NCBI GenBank assembly: GCA_002633005.1
Contig: NMRA01001163.1
Coordinates: 1-42,556, forward strand
Source: Phoronis australis
Lineage: Eukaryota > Animalia > Phoronida
Length of the DNA: 42,556 nt
Direction of reading: 5' to 3'
Position numbers and translations under genes: made by a program. The notes beneath the pieces are model-generated. The model did not search any database, was not told the DNA's origin, and saw only the letters and a list, made by a program, of their open reading frames with translations. Shown here piece by piece: positions 23,902 to 36,553 of the stretch (the stretch's first letter is position 1; every line of letters starts with the position of its first letter).

Positions 23902-26533
23902 GGGCAATTGCGTAAAAATGTCAACCTCTACACAAAAAATTAAAATAGGCTACACTAACATTTCTACTCTCATCTGAAAGCCCCTTCTCTCTAGTATCAG
24001 GACTCATAATTATTTGACTGTCCTGTAACTATCAATTTTTTGCCTAAATGGGCCCATATTTGGAGTCACGTGACCCTTAAAATTTCCTCGATTTTCATGT
24101 GTGTTGCTAGTTATGGTCACAAAAAATTAAATATGGGTATTTCACTATATTATCAAATTTGTGCCATCACATGAACCCCAACTTTATAAGAAATAACATT
24201 TAAACGTTGGCACATCATCGAACTCTTGGGGTCAAAGGTCAACTCCTGAACATTATGGTGTTGTGCGTCCGTTACAAAAAGTGTTTAGTTAGGTTGAAAC
24301 TTTTCAATCAAAATTAAAATAATTTCACATTCTCTTTTAACTTGTTACTCCAGAATAATGACCAAAAGGTTAGATCTCAGGGATTGTTCGTCACGTACGT
24401 CTGTCCTGTAATTTTCAGCCAATAAAAATAACCCAAGATCGTATTTTTACTTTTTAAACTTGCAGAAGATCAATGCATCTCACATCTAAGAATATTGAAA
24501 CGATAAAATATTACAAAGACAGCTTGAAAATTAAGTAAAGAAGTTGCTACAAATTTAAACTACATGCATTGGACTTTTTTAAGTTCAAATGTATTTGGTG
24601 AAAAGTTATAGTTTACTATGTCGTCTAATTATTCTTCGTAGAGTTCAACTTATCAAAATCAGACAGTTGGACCACATTATAAAATGCAAATAAAACAAAA
24701 TGTTAATTTAATGAGCTTATTGTTTTTCTTTTGGTACCCCGTGTTTGTAAAAATGCTCAAGCATGCAAAAATATCTATACAAAAAATCCTAAGGTGCTAT
24801 AGAGAATAAATAGCAAGAGACCTAAAGGAATACATGTCAATTTGCTATAGCGCTGGAATCAGCTCTGACCTGCTATGCCCTGTTTTGTGTTGAAAAAGCT
24901 GATACTGGACAGTTTTAAGCAGAAGGGACCTGTCACCTACTTTATTTAGCTTTTTTGTCACAACCTCATTGACTGTAGTTACTCTTTTGTGCTTTTCAGT
25001 ATAGTGGGATATTGGGTGGCTTGGAAGAAATGATTAAATTGCCTCAACTCACATATTTTTGACCCCTCAATCTTTTTAGGAGTTAGGCTATTTTTAGGCG
25101 CAGCTTCGAGGCGATTAAACGGGCATTTAGAAACGATCGAGGAAATTGATGTAGACGACGGGAACAACAGTTGCAACTGGGAAAAGAATAAATATCCGCC
25201 GAAATATACTCTGAAACGCGAATAAAATGCAATCGTGGATCAAGACATTCATAATTGTATTTGCGAGTACTGTGATGTGGCACTATTTGAAGCCCGTCTT
25301 CAAATTTGAAAAGAAGGCATGAGTTAAAGAGCTGAATGAAAACGTAATCATGCTGATCACTACATAGACACCAGCATCTGGTAAGTTTGCTCTACATATT
25401 CCTAAATCATAATCCTAAATGCGATTAATTGATAATGTCTTGTTTTCAAAGTGGAAGAAAACACGGGTGAATTGAATCAAAATGCGAACCCAAAAGGCGA
25501 CGCTGTCTACTAAACCGTGCTTCACACTTTGGTTTAAGAAGATACTGAAGTCCTTTTACTAGTACTTTTAAAATATAACCACTATTACTTACATGGGTAC
25601 ATGTATGTATCAGAACCATCAACTTCATGGCCCAGGGAATAATTTTGTAAAAGCTTAGGGCAAGTTCTAATTTTAAAAACTATGGATTAAAATGAATTTT
25701 TATTACAGTGATTAGTAATATTTAAACTTTATTTCACATTTTATATTTTGACAGTCACATTTGCTTATTAGTCTTGAATTAGCATTCTATTTAACGCATA
25801 AAAACAGGTTTTTCTGATAACTAACAACTGTCAAATACAGAATGATTATCATTCTCATTTCCATCTGTACTGCTTATAATCTTTAAAAGAAAGTGAATAT
25901 TTTAGAGGTTGTTTTTATATCTGTAATCAAATGTATCGAAAAGTTAAAATCCTAGAGTATATTCCTTGCAAAGGGCTACCTGTAAATGATTTCGTGCAAA
26001 ATGTCAATCGGTACATTTTAATTAAAAAAACATTGAACTAGTAGCAAAAGACCAATATAACATAAATACCGGAAAAGCTTGAATCATTCTGAATTGATAT
26101 CTTAGTCACAACGAACAATTTTATACTAGAAATTTAGAGCGTACGTCCGTCACGTACGTCCGTCACACTAACTCAACTTATATTGCACAGTCTGACAAAA
26201 AATTCTTAGATGATATCATCAAAAAATATTGTGTTGTACTTTGCACACATTCCACTAAATCATCATGTAAAACAAAAAATTGAAATTCGAGGCAACTCAA
26301 AGAAAATTAACATTAAAAATTATTTAAAAAATTAAAATATCTGCGTACGTCCGTCACACCCCTTTAAAGGCAATTTTCTCAGTCAGATTAAAAGATGTGG
26401 ATAAAGTTGATAATGTTTTAAACACTATCACTGAGACCTATCAACTGATGTATTATTTTTTCCTAAGATGAACATTTTTCACAATTGATCGAAGTGTTCT
26501 CTGATTGTACGTCCGTCACAAATGGAATTGCCC
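23902..26533. mobile_element. 2.63 kb non-autonomous DNA transposon (possibly Sola2-like)
   Basis: Termini GGGCAATT / AATTGCCC (10/12 match when extended) with flanks ATAG/ATAT. The subterminal motif GTACGTCCGTCAC occurs at 26141, 26154, 26345 and 26507, and degenerately at ~24263 and ~24395. No transposase ORF. Confidence 0.55.
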
Positions 26534-28092
26534 ATATGCAAGAATGAAGTGAGTACCTACACTGTATACTTAGTATGGCATTTGAATTCTGCTTTTGAAT
26601 GCCAGCAAGTCAAAGTTGGGGGAGCAGCGATCTCAAAAACCTGAAATTTTGTCGCCAATACAATTATTAATTTAGAGCTCTGGTAGTTTTAGAATATGTT
26701 GTAAAATTACATTGAAAACAGCAGCATTCACTTACGAGACACCTAGGCCATTGGCAGCCCTCCAGCACACTGAAGTAGTGCTTTCAGAAAGTGCTCTTAC
26801 GATCAGATGATCACCCTTACTATATTTATGTAGTAGCACCCGGTATTGTCATTCATCCTTTCGAATCCTTTAGCCATTCCCATATTAGGATAGCTCAATT
26901 ATGAAAGCTTTTGTTTCTTTTATAATTATCTCGGTATCTAAAAACATCCCGTTTTAAATTTCTCAGGATCTTGAGATCCTGACTTAACAATCTTGGAATC
27001 TGAATTCTATCGACATAGTTTGTTTTCAAATGCCCACCGTCTCAATTAATAAATGATGGTTTCCACAACGAATACTTGAAGTACTGTGGATAAAAAGACG
27101 TTGCAAACTAAATTGAATGCATGGTCATCAGCGTCGAGAGGTTGTGGACAGGAGGGCCAAAAGGCAACCCAGAGGCCTAAGCCAGTAAAGGGTGCCTGCA
27201 TAACAAAAACAAAACCTCAACAGGTTTGGGCCGTTCCGAAGCATCTGAACGAGGATATTAACTTAGAAACCCACAACACGAAGATTGTTTGCCTGGTCTC
27301 CAAATTTTCAGACCCTTATCATAATCAATTTCTAACTACAATAAACACCTGTCATAATTAATAATTAACTACAATAAACACCTGGCTAATTGCTGACAGA
27401 CACATCAGACCCATACTCCAAAATCACAAATGAATGCAGGAACTGAATACATTGTAAAACTTTAAAGTTCTTCAGAGCTAATTGCATACAATAATAACAA
27501 CATGGATGCAGAACGGTAGTTGTATTCCATCTATTGGTGTAGAACATGACGAATTTATGTAAGATACTAACGATGTAGACAAACTGTTGGATGCACATAT
27601 ATTTTAGCACAGTCAATGGATGTTCAGTAGACCCAATTTTCAACTGAAAATGTCATCAGTATTTGACCAAAAGAATATTGGAATTATTTTTGTAGTTTCA
27701 CTTGCTCCCGTAAATAAGCCCATTCATTCACTTTATGTTGCTGCTGTTTTAAGGATATTTCCAATCACAAATAGTTAACAATACCGGATAATTTTCCTTT
27801 TTAAGGTGTAAATATAGATGCTTAAACATTATATAACAAAATGTTCATCACAGTCTAGCTCATATGAAAAAGAAATTGAGTTCGCCTTCGTGAGGTGCAT
27901 GCACTAAGCAGTCATCTTCTGCACAAGTTTGATTAAAGTCTTACTTGATCAAGAAAGCAAGTTCAATATTATTTTTATCCATTTCCTCTGTAGATCAACA
28001 CAGTAAACGTCGGGTAACCTGATGAATTCAGTAAACGTCCTTAATGTTTTTGTCTGTTGTAACAATGAAGAGTGTCTGAATATTTTTCTATT

Positions 28093-28340
28093 ATTGTTAG
28101 CTCATGTCTGGAGCTTTTGGAAATTCCACAAAGGATTGTACTCATCTTTTCATGGGAGCTATTTGTGTAAGGTGAATAATATCTTAATGCATAGGTAATT
28201 TGAATGATATTCTATGATTGTTGGCTCATGCCTGGGGCTTTTGGAAATTTTACAAAAGGTTGCACTCATGTGTTCGTGGGAGCTGTTTTTGTTAGGTGAA
28301 AAAATATCTCACTGAATAGGTAATTTGAAGATGCCACTAT
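28093..28340. repeat. Two-copy 124 bp tandem repeat
   Basis: ATTGTTRGCTCATGYCTGGRGCTTTTGGAAATT...ATAGGTAATTTGAA starting at 28093 and 28217. Confidence 0.8.
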
Positions 28341-29499
28341 ATGTTAAAAGCATTTATGAATAAAAAAATCCCAGGTGAAGTTACTGACAGCCAGACAAAT
28401 ATTGAGTAATGAGTTTCCAGGATGGAAAAGTGAAAGTATTTATCACACTTAGAGAAAGTTATAGAAAAACATATGCAAGGTACTAAATGCAATTTTCACA
28501 ACAGACAAAAATTATGCGTAACTGGTCCTTGCGCAATTGACGCTAAAATATATCAATTGGATCGTTTTTGATTTTTTTTTGTCTGAGGTCTGGGTTTTAT
28601 GGCATCAGTGCATCATTGAAATTGAGTTTACTTCAACAGTCCCTGCTCCTGTAAGAAACGTGTACTTTCAAGTTTGCACGATTTCATTTAACAAAAATAG
28701 GTTAGTGTTGCACTACACCATGCGCACCCTCGTCACAATATAAACCGAAAAGGTTTTGTTTTCAAATAAGGCATAAACAAGTGCGGATCTCAGGAAATTT
28801 GTATAACCCCTACATTCATCCGTCATTTGATTCTGATACAGCAATAATCTGAATTAAAAAATGATAGTGAGAAGTCGTTACCAGTACCTGGTATTGATGT
28901 GCATATGATGCTGAAAAAAGATAATTTTCATATTGCCTGTGCAATTTAGCGCCTGCTAAAGTCTGACCTGAGATATATTTGACACGCATTTGAACAGCGT
29001 TTTCAGTCCTTTTGATGAAGCTTAAAAGCCATAAAATACACGACCCCTTTGTTCATGTACACCGAGCACATATTATCCCTGAATGAGTTTCAATGTTAAA
29101 ATATTTCCGGGGGGAGGACAGGGACTCAACATTTCGCCATATAGGTGTGCAGCGCGGAAATTGGTGCACTTCACCATTTCAGAAAGCTGGCATGGAAATA
29201 CCGGACAAATACGTTTCAAAGGGATCCACACAAACTTTGGCATAGTGTGGTTTCCTTAACAAATCCTCTTGCACAGTTTTTGCACTGTTACAAAAATGGA
29301 ATCTTTCGAAGACTACTGTCTCAGAAAGGCACCCTCTTGTAAGGAATCAAGACCAATAACTGTCATTTCACGAGGGATCAAAACGTCAACTCTGGACACA
29401 CTGACATAGATCTTGAAAAGATTGTGTGTACATACTTCCAAGTAGGATATGCTCAAAAGTTTTTGGGCCAATTACCTTTTATATTAGAGCATCATAAAT

Positions 29500-31140
29500 A
29501 TTTTGGCCGAAAATAGCCATTGTTTGGTTAAAAAGGTTCAGTTAGTAAAAGTGGTTTAAATCCACTTAAAAGAATAAGAAAGAAAAATATTATGCTTATT
29601 TGAACCGCTCTATCAAAAGACAGACTTTGAATTTTCAAAGGAGTCTCCGTTAACCTTCAACGGAGTGCCAAAACTCGATAAATTTTGCCCAATTTTGTGT
29701 ATTTGACTTTTAGCCATTTTTGAAGTGCTCTGGAGGCAAAATGGCGGGATGCTGGTGATTTACAATGATATTATTCACCAGTTTGATCTTTGACTAAGAA
29801 AATAAAAAACATGACCTCTTTGTTTTAGAGCAAGAGCCGATAGAAAAGACATACCATCGCGTATTTTACAGTGCCTGACTGCTATTGAAAATGGATGGAT
29901 ATAAGTCAGATTCGCCATCTTAAAACAACTTCCGGTTAAGAAGAACACGATGAAAAATGAAACATGAAAAATTTCGAAGCAATTAGTCATGTAATGCGCC
30001 GTGTACAGGACAAAACCTTGGGTCCCCAAATTGAGGTGCGCATGCGCAATGGGCGATACCTCCGCCATCTATGAGGGGATGTCAATGATTTATGATTTAT
30101 TTGTATTATTTGTCCACAATAATAATTGTGCTTACGTCAAAAATTGCGGTCTCTATAGTCTACTAGGAGCATTTGAATCTGAATTCCAAAACAAAATGTC
30201 TGCCATCTAGAATCTGATCATGGCCAAAACAATGGGACTCCAATACTTCTGAAACTACAGGTTGTGTGTATATTTTGTTGAAATCGGGCAAAAAATACGA
30301 CCTGTAGAGTGCGTGCAAGCAATTCCTAATCCTGATGTGGTAACAAACGAGCGAAATTTGGCGAAACTAAATGAAAAGACATAATGGGAACGGCGACGAT
30401 GGTGGTGATAGTGTTGGCGTTGATGAAGATGATGATAACATTCACATGACGAACGAAGATATCAGAAATCAGTAAGAAACAGGCTACAGTCTTGTTCAGT
30501 AGAAGGTACACCAACAACAGTGCAGCAAATGCGGTCAATAAAGGAACAGCACTATTAGAAAATCTCAAATAATTCAAAAGTAAGCTTCCTGGTGAAAACT
30601 GAAATCAACGTCTGAAAGCCGGTTCAAATCGCTATCTCACGATGTAGATGAACAAAGTTCCGTACAAATATTAAAGAAATTTCAAATTTCGCATTTTTTG
30701 AAATTCGAAGGCAAATAACTCAAAAACAGAGAGTCTGAGAAAAGAAAATGTTACATCCCTTTTGAAAGAGCATTCCTTAGAGAATTGACATGCAAGAAGT
30801 TCACGTTATTATATGTTCAAAATGGCACCCCAGCACGACTTTAAATGGGTCAAAATGCGACAGATCTGACATCTTGAAAGCAGCTCTGAATAATAGCTTG
30901 TCACAGCTAAAAATAGTCGAAGCAATTGATCCTATAATGCTGACAAATATTTTCATACCAAAATGGCCGTCTTGAATTCGATCATGACGAAAAACGGTAC
31001 GCTTCCAGGACTTCCCAGTGTACAGGTTGTGTGTGAATTTCGTGAGAGTTGGACGAAAAATGCGACCTGTAGAGTGCAAACAAAAAACTTGACCTCAGAG
31101 CAACATACTTGGCGGAATCTTAAGAATTCCGCCAAATAAT
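29500..31140 (+). mobile_element. Helentron/HINE-like element with internal repeats and 3' hairpin
   Basis: Repeat TACAGGTTGTGTGT...CGACCTGTAGAGTGC at ~30257-30312 and ~31021-31077. Perfect 10 bp stem TTGGCGGAAT/ATTCCGCCAA at 31109-31135. The left boundary is uncertain. Confidence 0.45.
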
Positions 31141-32216
31141 GAAGTTGTAGAATGTAAAAAACCATGGTTAACCAAGAAAACAATTCACAGGGGTTAAAAT
31201 GGCAGTTTCTGTTAGAGGTATGTAGTTACAAGCAAAGTTGCTGGCCTATTTAGTGGCCGAGAGAATAAGGTGCACTGCAGAGACTTTGCTCGGGGGGTGG
31301 TTTGATGACAGTCGTTCACACAAACACAATTTTACAAATTTCGAAGTATTGCAGATGCGGAAACAGCAAACAGTCACTAGAGGGCCCCAAAGTTGTCAGC
31401 CATGTTCTTCCCAGTAGGAACACATTTTCCAATTTGCTTAACTATTTTTGAGCGGTTTAGCTAATAGCGAGATAGATGCCAAAACGCCCAACAGCATAGT
31501 GGAAAACTACCGCTAGGAAATGTACACTACATCAAATCCATCTGAAAACGAAAATAGCTCATCGCCCCATTAATAGAAACCTATTTGCTAACTTTCATAA
31601 AAAACATAATATTGCCACAGCAGGAGTCTGATCCTTCCGAACGTTGTTGTCATTTTCATACAAATACACTTGCCAATTTCAACAAAAATCCTGCAGAGTA
31701 TTGATGATGATAATGGTACCACATAACTCCCAGCAATAAGACAGGTATAGAAATAGCAAAGTATTGTACAAGGTTTGAAGCTGCCGCACAAGTAAACATA
31801 AATCTTTTGCTAGTAGAATTTTTACTTATTATAATAACTTAAATTTTATACAAGTCACTTGCTCCTTTCACTTGTAATGGTGAATATTCCACTCTTGAAC
31901 ATTTTTAACCACCATATTCACTTTTCACATAAAACAAAATCCATGTATCAATTTTTTTATGTGTCGAGAAAACAGAACTTCTCTATTATTGTAATGAAGA
32001 GCAGTAAAACCTCGTTGACAAACTAGTTTAACTAGTGTTTTCGCTAGCACTTTTGCTAGTGCATGTACCAAAAACGTCAAGCATCGCTTTGGTGGTGACT
32101 TACTTGCATTACCCCAAAACTGTCGGCAATTTCATTTTGTAGCTATGCCCAATGGTAGGAGGAAGTTGCTTATCGTTGTATTAGTCAATTTATGGCAACG
32201 GGAGCTTTTTTGGCAT

Positions 32217-32410
32217 ATTGGGACGCCCATAAACATGGATGACACTCTCTCGTGGAACAAACACATGGTTCATACGTGCAATATACTATCCCAAACATAC
32301 AAAGTCTTATCTTCACTGAAAAAATACTTCATGACGATCTTCAAACAATCTACACTTCTCTCATTTCGCCTCTTCTTTTGAACGGCGTGTCGCCATGGTG
32401 TTTTAACAGT
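32217..32410 (+). mobile_element. CR1/L2-group LINE ORF2 fragment (region C-terminal to the RT core)
   Basis: IGTPINMDDTLSWNKHMVHTCNILSQTYKVLSSLKKYF, then after a frameshift DDLQTIYTSLISPLLLNGVSPW. This fits the LG..ID..LSW..HI...L..IY.SLI.P.L.YG...W pattern. Confidence 0.7.
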
Positions 32411-32572
32411 TGAAAACATTTGAATTCTGAACGAACTGTATTTAACTGTTCTCCAGAGCACATAATGCGAGCCCTGTTACTTAGTAGTTCTTCAAGTGCG
32501 TTACGGGAGCTAGGTGTTGTGTCGTTTTTGAATTTCTAAAGGTCAAGATCATCACGCTTTCTCTTGTTGCAG

Positions 32573-32840
32573 TCCAGAAAGTATCCTTGATGATGTGGAT
32601 ATTAGCGATGTTGAATTTGGAGATGAAGAGTTTCTTGGGGAGGAAGTTGCAGGAGATAGCATCAATATGTACCGCTATGGAGACGATGATGACACGTTGT
32701 CCAGAGGTTTCAGTGGTGTCCAGAGAATTCATGATGCAGCTGGTGCACACTCAACAGTGAACGATAGCAAATTCATTCTTTTTATGACACCCTCCTTTCC
32801 CTTTCAAATCTCATCAGTGTGTCTTACAAAGAATGAATGA
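32573..32840 (+). pseudogene. Acidic exon-like reading frame (PESILDDVDISDVEFGDEEF...DSKFILF...); mirrored at 39272-39539 (-)
   Basis: Acceptor tttctcttgttgcag at 32572. An 88-codon D/E-rich frame is open in both arms. The family is not recognised with certainty. Confidence 0.4.
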
Positions 32841-33719
32841 TGTTCGGATTTGTTCTGTTAAAGCTTCAACACTCTCTTTCTACCTCCTTCTCCGAAAGGT
32901 GTCGCACTTGCTCATTTGGTCATTGCATTTACTCTTCTCTGAAAATTAGGAGATTTTTCACTAATTACGGAATGAGAGATTTATGCCATCTTGTATTCTT
33001 ATAATTCACTTAGTTACAAGTTCACCTTACTACTAGAAAAAACTGGAATTTTATTCAAAAGTTGATGTCACATCACATAAAATCTGCGTAAAATGTAATG
33101 GCTCCTTGTTTCTTCAAGATGTAGAATGACATAGAATGTTAAATATTGGATATTCTATATATTTACAAGTCATAAATGATTCTCTGAACGAGAGTTTTTG
33201 AGTTGTTTTTTCACGTGTTTGTTATTCATGATAAAGTACCTGTACGTCAGCTTCATTAGATGCATAACCTTGCAGACCACGATGAGCTGGGGTCACTGAA
33301 GCTGGACTTGGAGTAGCTGTAGCGACTGACTTCCATTTCCTTCCTCTACCTCCTCTTACACTTTCACCTCTCTTTGTTTTCATGGCTTTCCCACATATCC
33401 TATGGAAATAAACAGGCTTTTTAAACTTCATATAGTCTCAAAGATCATCAAAAGCCATGCCTAACATTGGGAGTAATTTCCAAACCAAAGCAAATGCTTC
33501 AAACAGGACTGGTATTGTGTGAAAAATTCTGTTTCTTAGAGCATTCCATTAGTGAGTTCTCAGCCCCAGTCTGCTAGTCTAAGCTCTTTTCACGTTTTAC
33601 CCCATGTATAGGTGGGCGCAGGTGGTCACCGATCTGTACTAATATTTTGATGCAATGGTAGACTGAACACTGGTTCGAGTTCATCACTTTATTAATCTTG
33701 ACTGTATGCACATATTAAG

Positions 33720-34296
33720 TCTTGCACTTCTCTGCCACTTACTAAACGGTGAATATGCCAGTGGCGGATCTAGGATACCACAAGGGGTGCCCAACATGAC
33801 GCCTCGGAGAAATGGGCAAAGCTCGATTGTATGCACAGGTGGTTCAAATGTTGTTGGGGTTGATGATAAGGAGCTGGTGTTCCGGAATTCTACCGTTGGG
33901 CTCGATATTTTCTCACGCTTCACGCTGTAATTTTTTGCTTGCACCAGTCAAGGGGGGGGGGGACTTGGCCTGTACGCAATCATCACGTAGTAACAATTAA
34001 CAATCGCCCCGAGATACATTTCAATTATAAATCCTACGTATAGTCACGATGCACTGAAGTGTTTTTAGCAAAATGTTATTGTTCATGTTTACCATAGATT
34101 ATACACAACATACAGTAGTCTATGATGTTGACCGTAAGCCGATCGGTGAGCCAGACTATTTTCATTCAGTAAACGATAAGACATGAATCGGACGTTTTCC
34201 GTTTGAAATGCACATAAATGAAATCCTAGGAAAAAAGTATATTAGATCATACTTGGGAGAGCATAGATACCAAATAAATCGATAACTTGCTTCAGA
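33720..34296 (+). repeat. 577 bp templated insertion flanked by a 29 bp direct repeat
   Basis: Third copy of the inner arm segment (35595-36160 direct; 36537-37111 inverted). ATTAATCTTGACTGTATGCWCATATTAAG occurs at 33691-33719 and 34297-34325; the right arm has a single copy (empty site ~38393-38421). Confidence 0.9.
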
Positions 34297-36553
34297 ATTA
34301 ATCTTGACTGTATGCTCATATTAAGAGCAATGTAATGTCTGTTCTATGCTGAGCCAGTGCAACAAAGCCTTGACTTTCAGTACCTCTTACAATTGCTGGT
34401 TCAATATCATGCAACTTTTGACAGTTCTTTGTTCTCTAGCCACAGCTGAAGTGTTAGACAAGTTCTGTGCAATTGAAATTGTACAACGGCTGATAAAGCC
34501 AATGAATAATGTGAACTATGGTAGTACCTCGATGTTCTGTTATTTTCTCGTCTAGAATATTAATTAGATGCACCATGGACAGTAGAAATAAAATTATTTT
34601 CAATTAATGTTGCTGCAATTTCTGATGATTTTAGTTGGACAAATTTTCTGGAAATGCAATTTACATGTATCATTCCATTTGTCCAAAAGTGTGTAGATTG
34701 ATTCTGTCTTTTCATTTCTAACCAGTTATGTTGCTCAAGTGAAATGACCTCTTATTTCATGCATTATGTAACTTCGTATCCTTCCATGAGTCCATACATC
34801 ATTGATGTTTCATTGTAGTCAGATGTAAAAGAGGAGGTCAGCATAATAAAACAGAAGTTGATTGCAAACCACAGATTTGTGCAAATCCCTAAATTGCTAA
34901 GTGCTTGTAGTTATAGTCATTGAAAATGTATATCATACTTTGAAGAAAGCAAAATTATTTAGATCATGATGATGCTCGATAAAATAAAACTTTTTGAATG
35001 CTGTTGTGACTGAATGTTCATCATGATGCATATTGCAAACTATTATCGGGTGAACAATTAGGTCAATATATTTACCACCAGTGGTTGGAACATATGTTTC
35101 TGTGACTTATCATCATCACATCTTTCCATGTAATGACAATGTAAAGTATCAGATGACTGGAGTTAACAGCTTTGAAATATTAGGAGATAAACTGTGTTTT
35201 AGGTTCAAAAAGATACCAAAATTTAGCATTAGAAAGTTAATCTTCCCAATTTTAAAGTTTTATTTAAAAATTCGCTGTGAAGCACATTGTAATTGGTAAG
35301 AATTACTGTAAATAACAGTGTGATTACTAAGGCATTGATTTAATGTAATTACAAAGTTGGTCAAGTCATTGCACTTGGTCAATGTAAACATGGCCATTTG
35401 AACCCTAAGATGCATTGACTACATGTACTTTGGGCCCACTGGGTGCATTTGGCCAAAAAATTCAAGAAAACCCTGGGCCAGAAATTTTGGCGGATTTTTT
35501 GATCTGTAAACAAGAAAGTTCAATGGAGGTTTTCAGATAAATTCTGATTACGTTTTTCTTCCACCACTAACAGCTGAGGATTTAGCTAACTGCACTTGCA
35601 CTACTTGGCCACTTACTAAACGGTGAATACGCCAGTGGCGGATCTAGGATACCACATGGGGGGCCCAACATGACGCCTCGCAGAAATAGGCAAAGCTCGA
35701 TTGCATGCACAAGTGGCTCGAATGTTGTTGGGGTTGGCGATACAAACCTCAGCTGGTGTTCTGGAATTCTACCGTTGGGCTCGATATTTTCTCACGCTTC
35801 ACGCTGTTGCTGTGTAATTTTTTGCTTGCACCAGTCAAGGGGGGGCCCTTGGCCTGTACGCAATCATCACGTAGTAACAATTAACAATCACCCCGACATA
35901 CATTTTAACTATAAATCCTACGTACAGTCACGATGCATTGAAATGTTTTTAGCAAAATGTTATTGTTCATGTTTACCATAGATTATACACAACATAGTCT
36001 ATGATGTTGACCGTACGCCGATCGGTGAGCCACACTATTTTCATTCACTAAACGATAAGACACGAATCGAACGTTTTCCGTTTGAAATTCACATAAATGA
36101 AATCCTAGGCAAAAAGTATATTACATCCTTTCTTGGGAGAGCATAGAAACCAAATAAATCTTTAACGTGCAAGTTTGGAAATGTTAGGACTTAAAGTGGC
36201 TTGGAACGTGAAAACATAGCATAAAATAAGAAAGTAAATGTTACTCATCTTGCATGAAACCTGTATCATATCGTGGCGTACAAGTTTTTTTGAAGGTTTC
36301 GTAAATATAGTGAGTTTTAGATGAGTTTGGAGTATTTTTCTTTACGTTTGAAAGTCGACCAAAAAGACACGGCTTCGTGCTCGTCAAGTCCGACATTACA
36401 GTCCCAAAATGCATTGCGGTGCCTTATTTGGAAATGGCCTGATGACCTCAGAGAGGTGAAAGGTCACCGAAAGCAAAACAGTGATGGCTGTTTTCGAAAG
36501 CACATCGACACCTCGATTGACTCAAAAAATTTCCATTTCTGAAGTAAGTTATC

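Larger units (their letters stand above)
32413..36160 (+). repeat. Left arm of a large inverted duplication
   Basis: Reverse complement of 36554-39699 along its length (~90% identity by eye). Mirrored ORFs: 32595-32840(+)/39272-39517(-) and 32481-32750(-)/39362-39631(+). Contains an extra 577 bp insert. Confidence 0.95.

Noticed and set aside
28000-28042. CAGTAAACGTC x2 around CTGATGA as a hammerhead dimer
   Set aside because: The core reads TAAA rather than GAAA, and stems I and II are essentially absent.
30385-30560. Acidic tract plus CSKCGQ as a zinc-knuckle gene
   Set aside because: Several in-frame stops and no His/Cys completion; too little to call.
36433-36475. CTGATGA-CCTC-AGA-GAGG-T-GAAA-GGTC in the inverted-repeat spacer as a hammerhead
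   Set aside because: Extra U before GAAA, non-palindromic stem III and mismatched stem I; equally explained by a TGACCT/AGGTCA palindrome.
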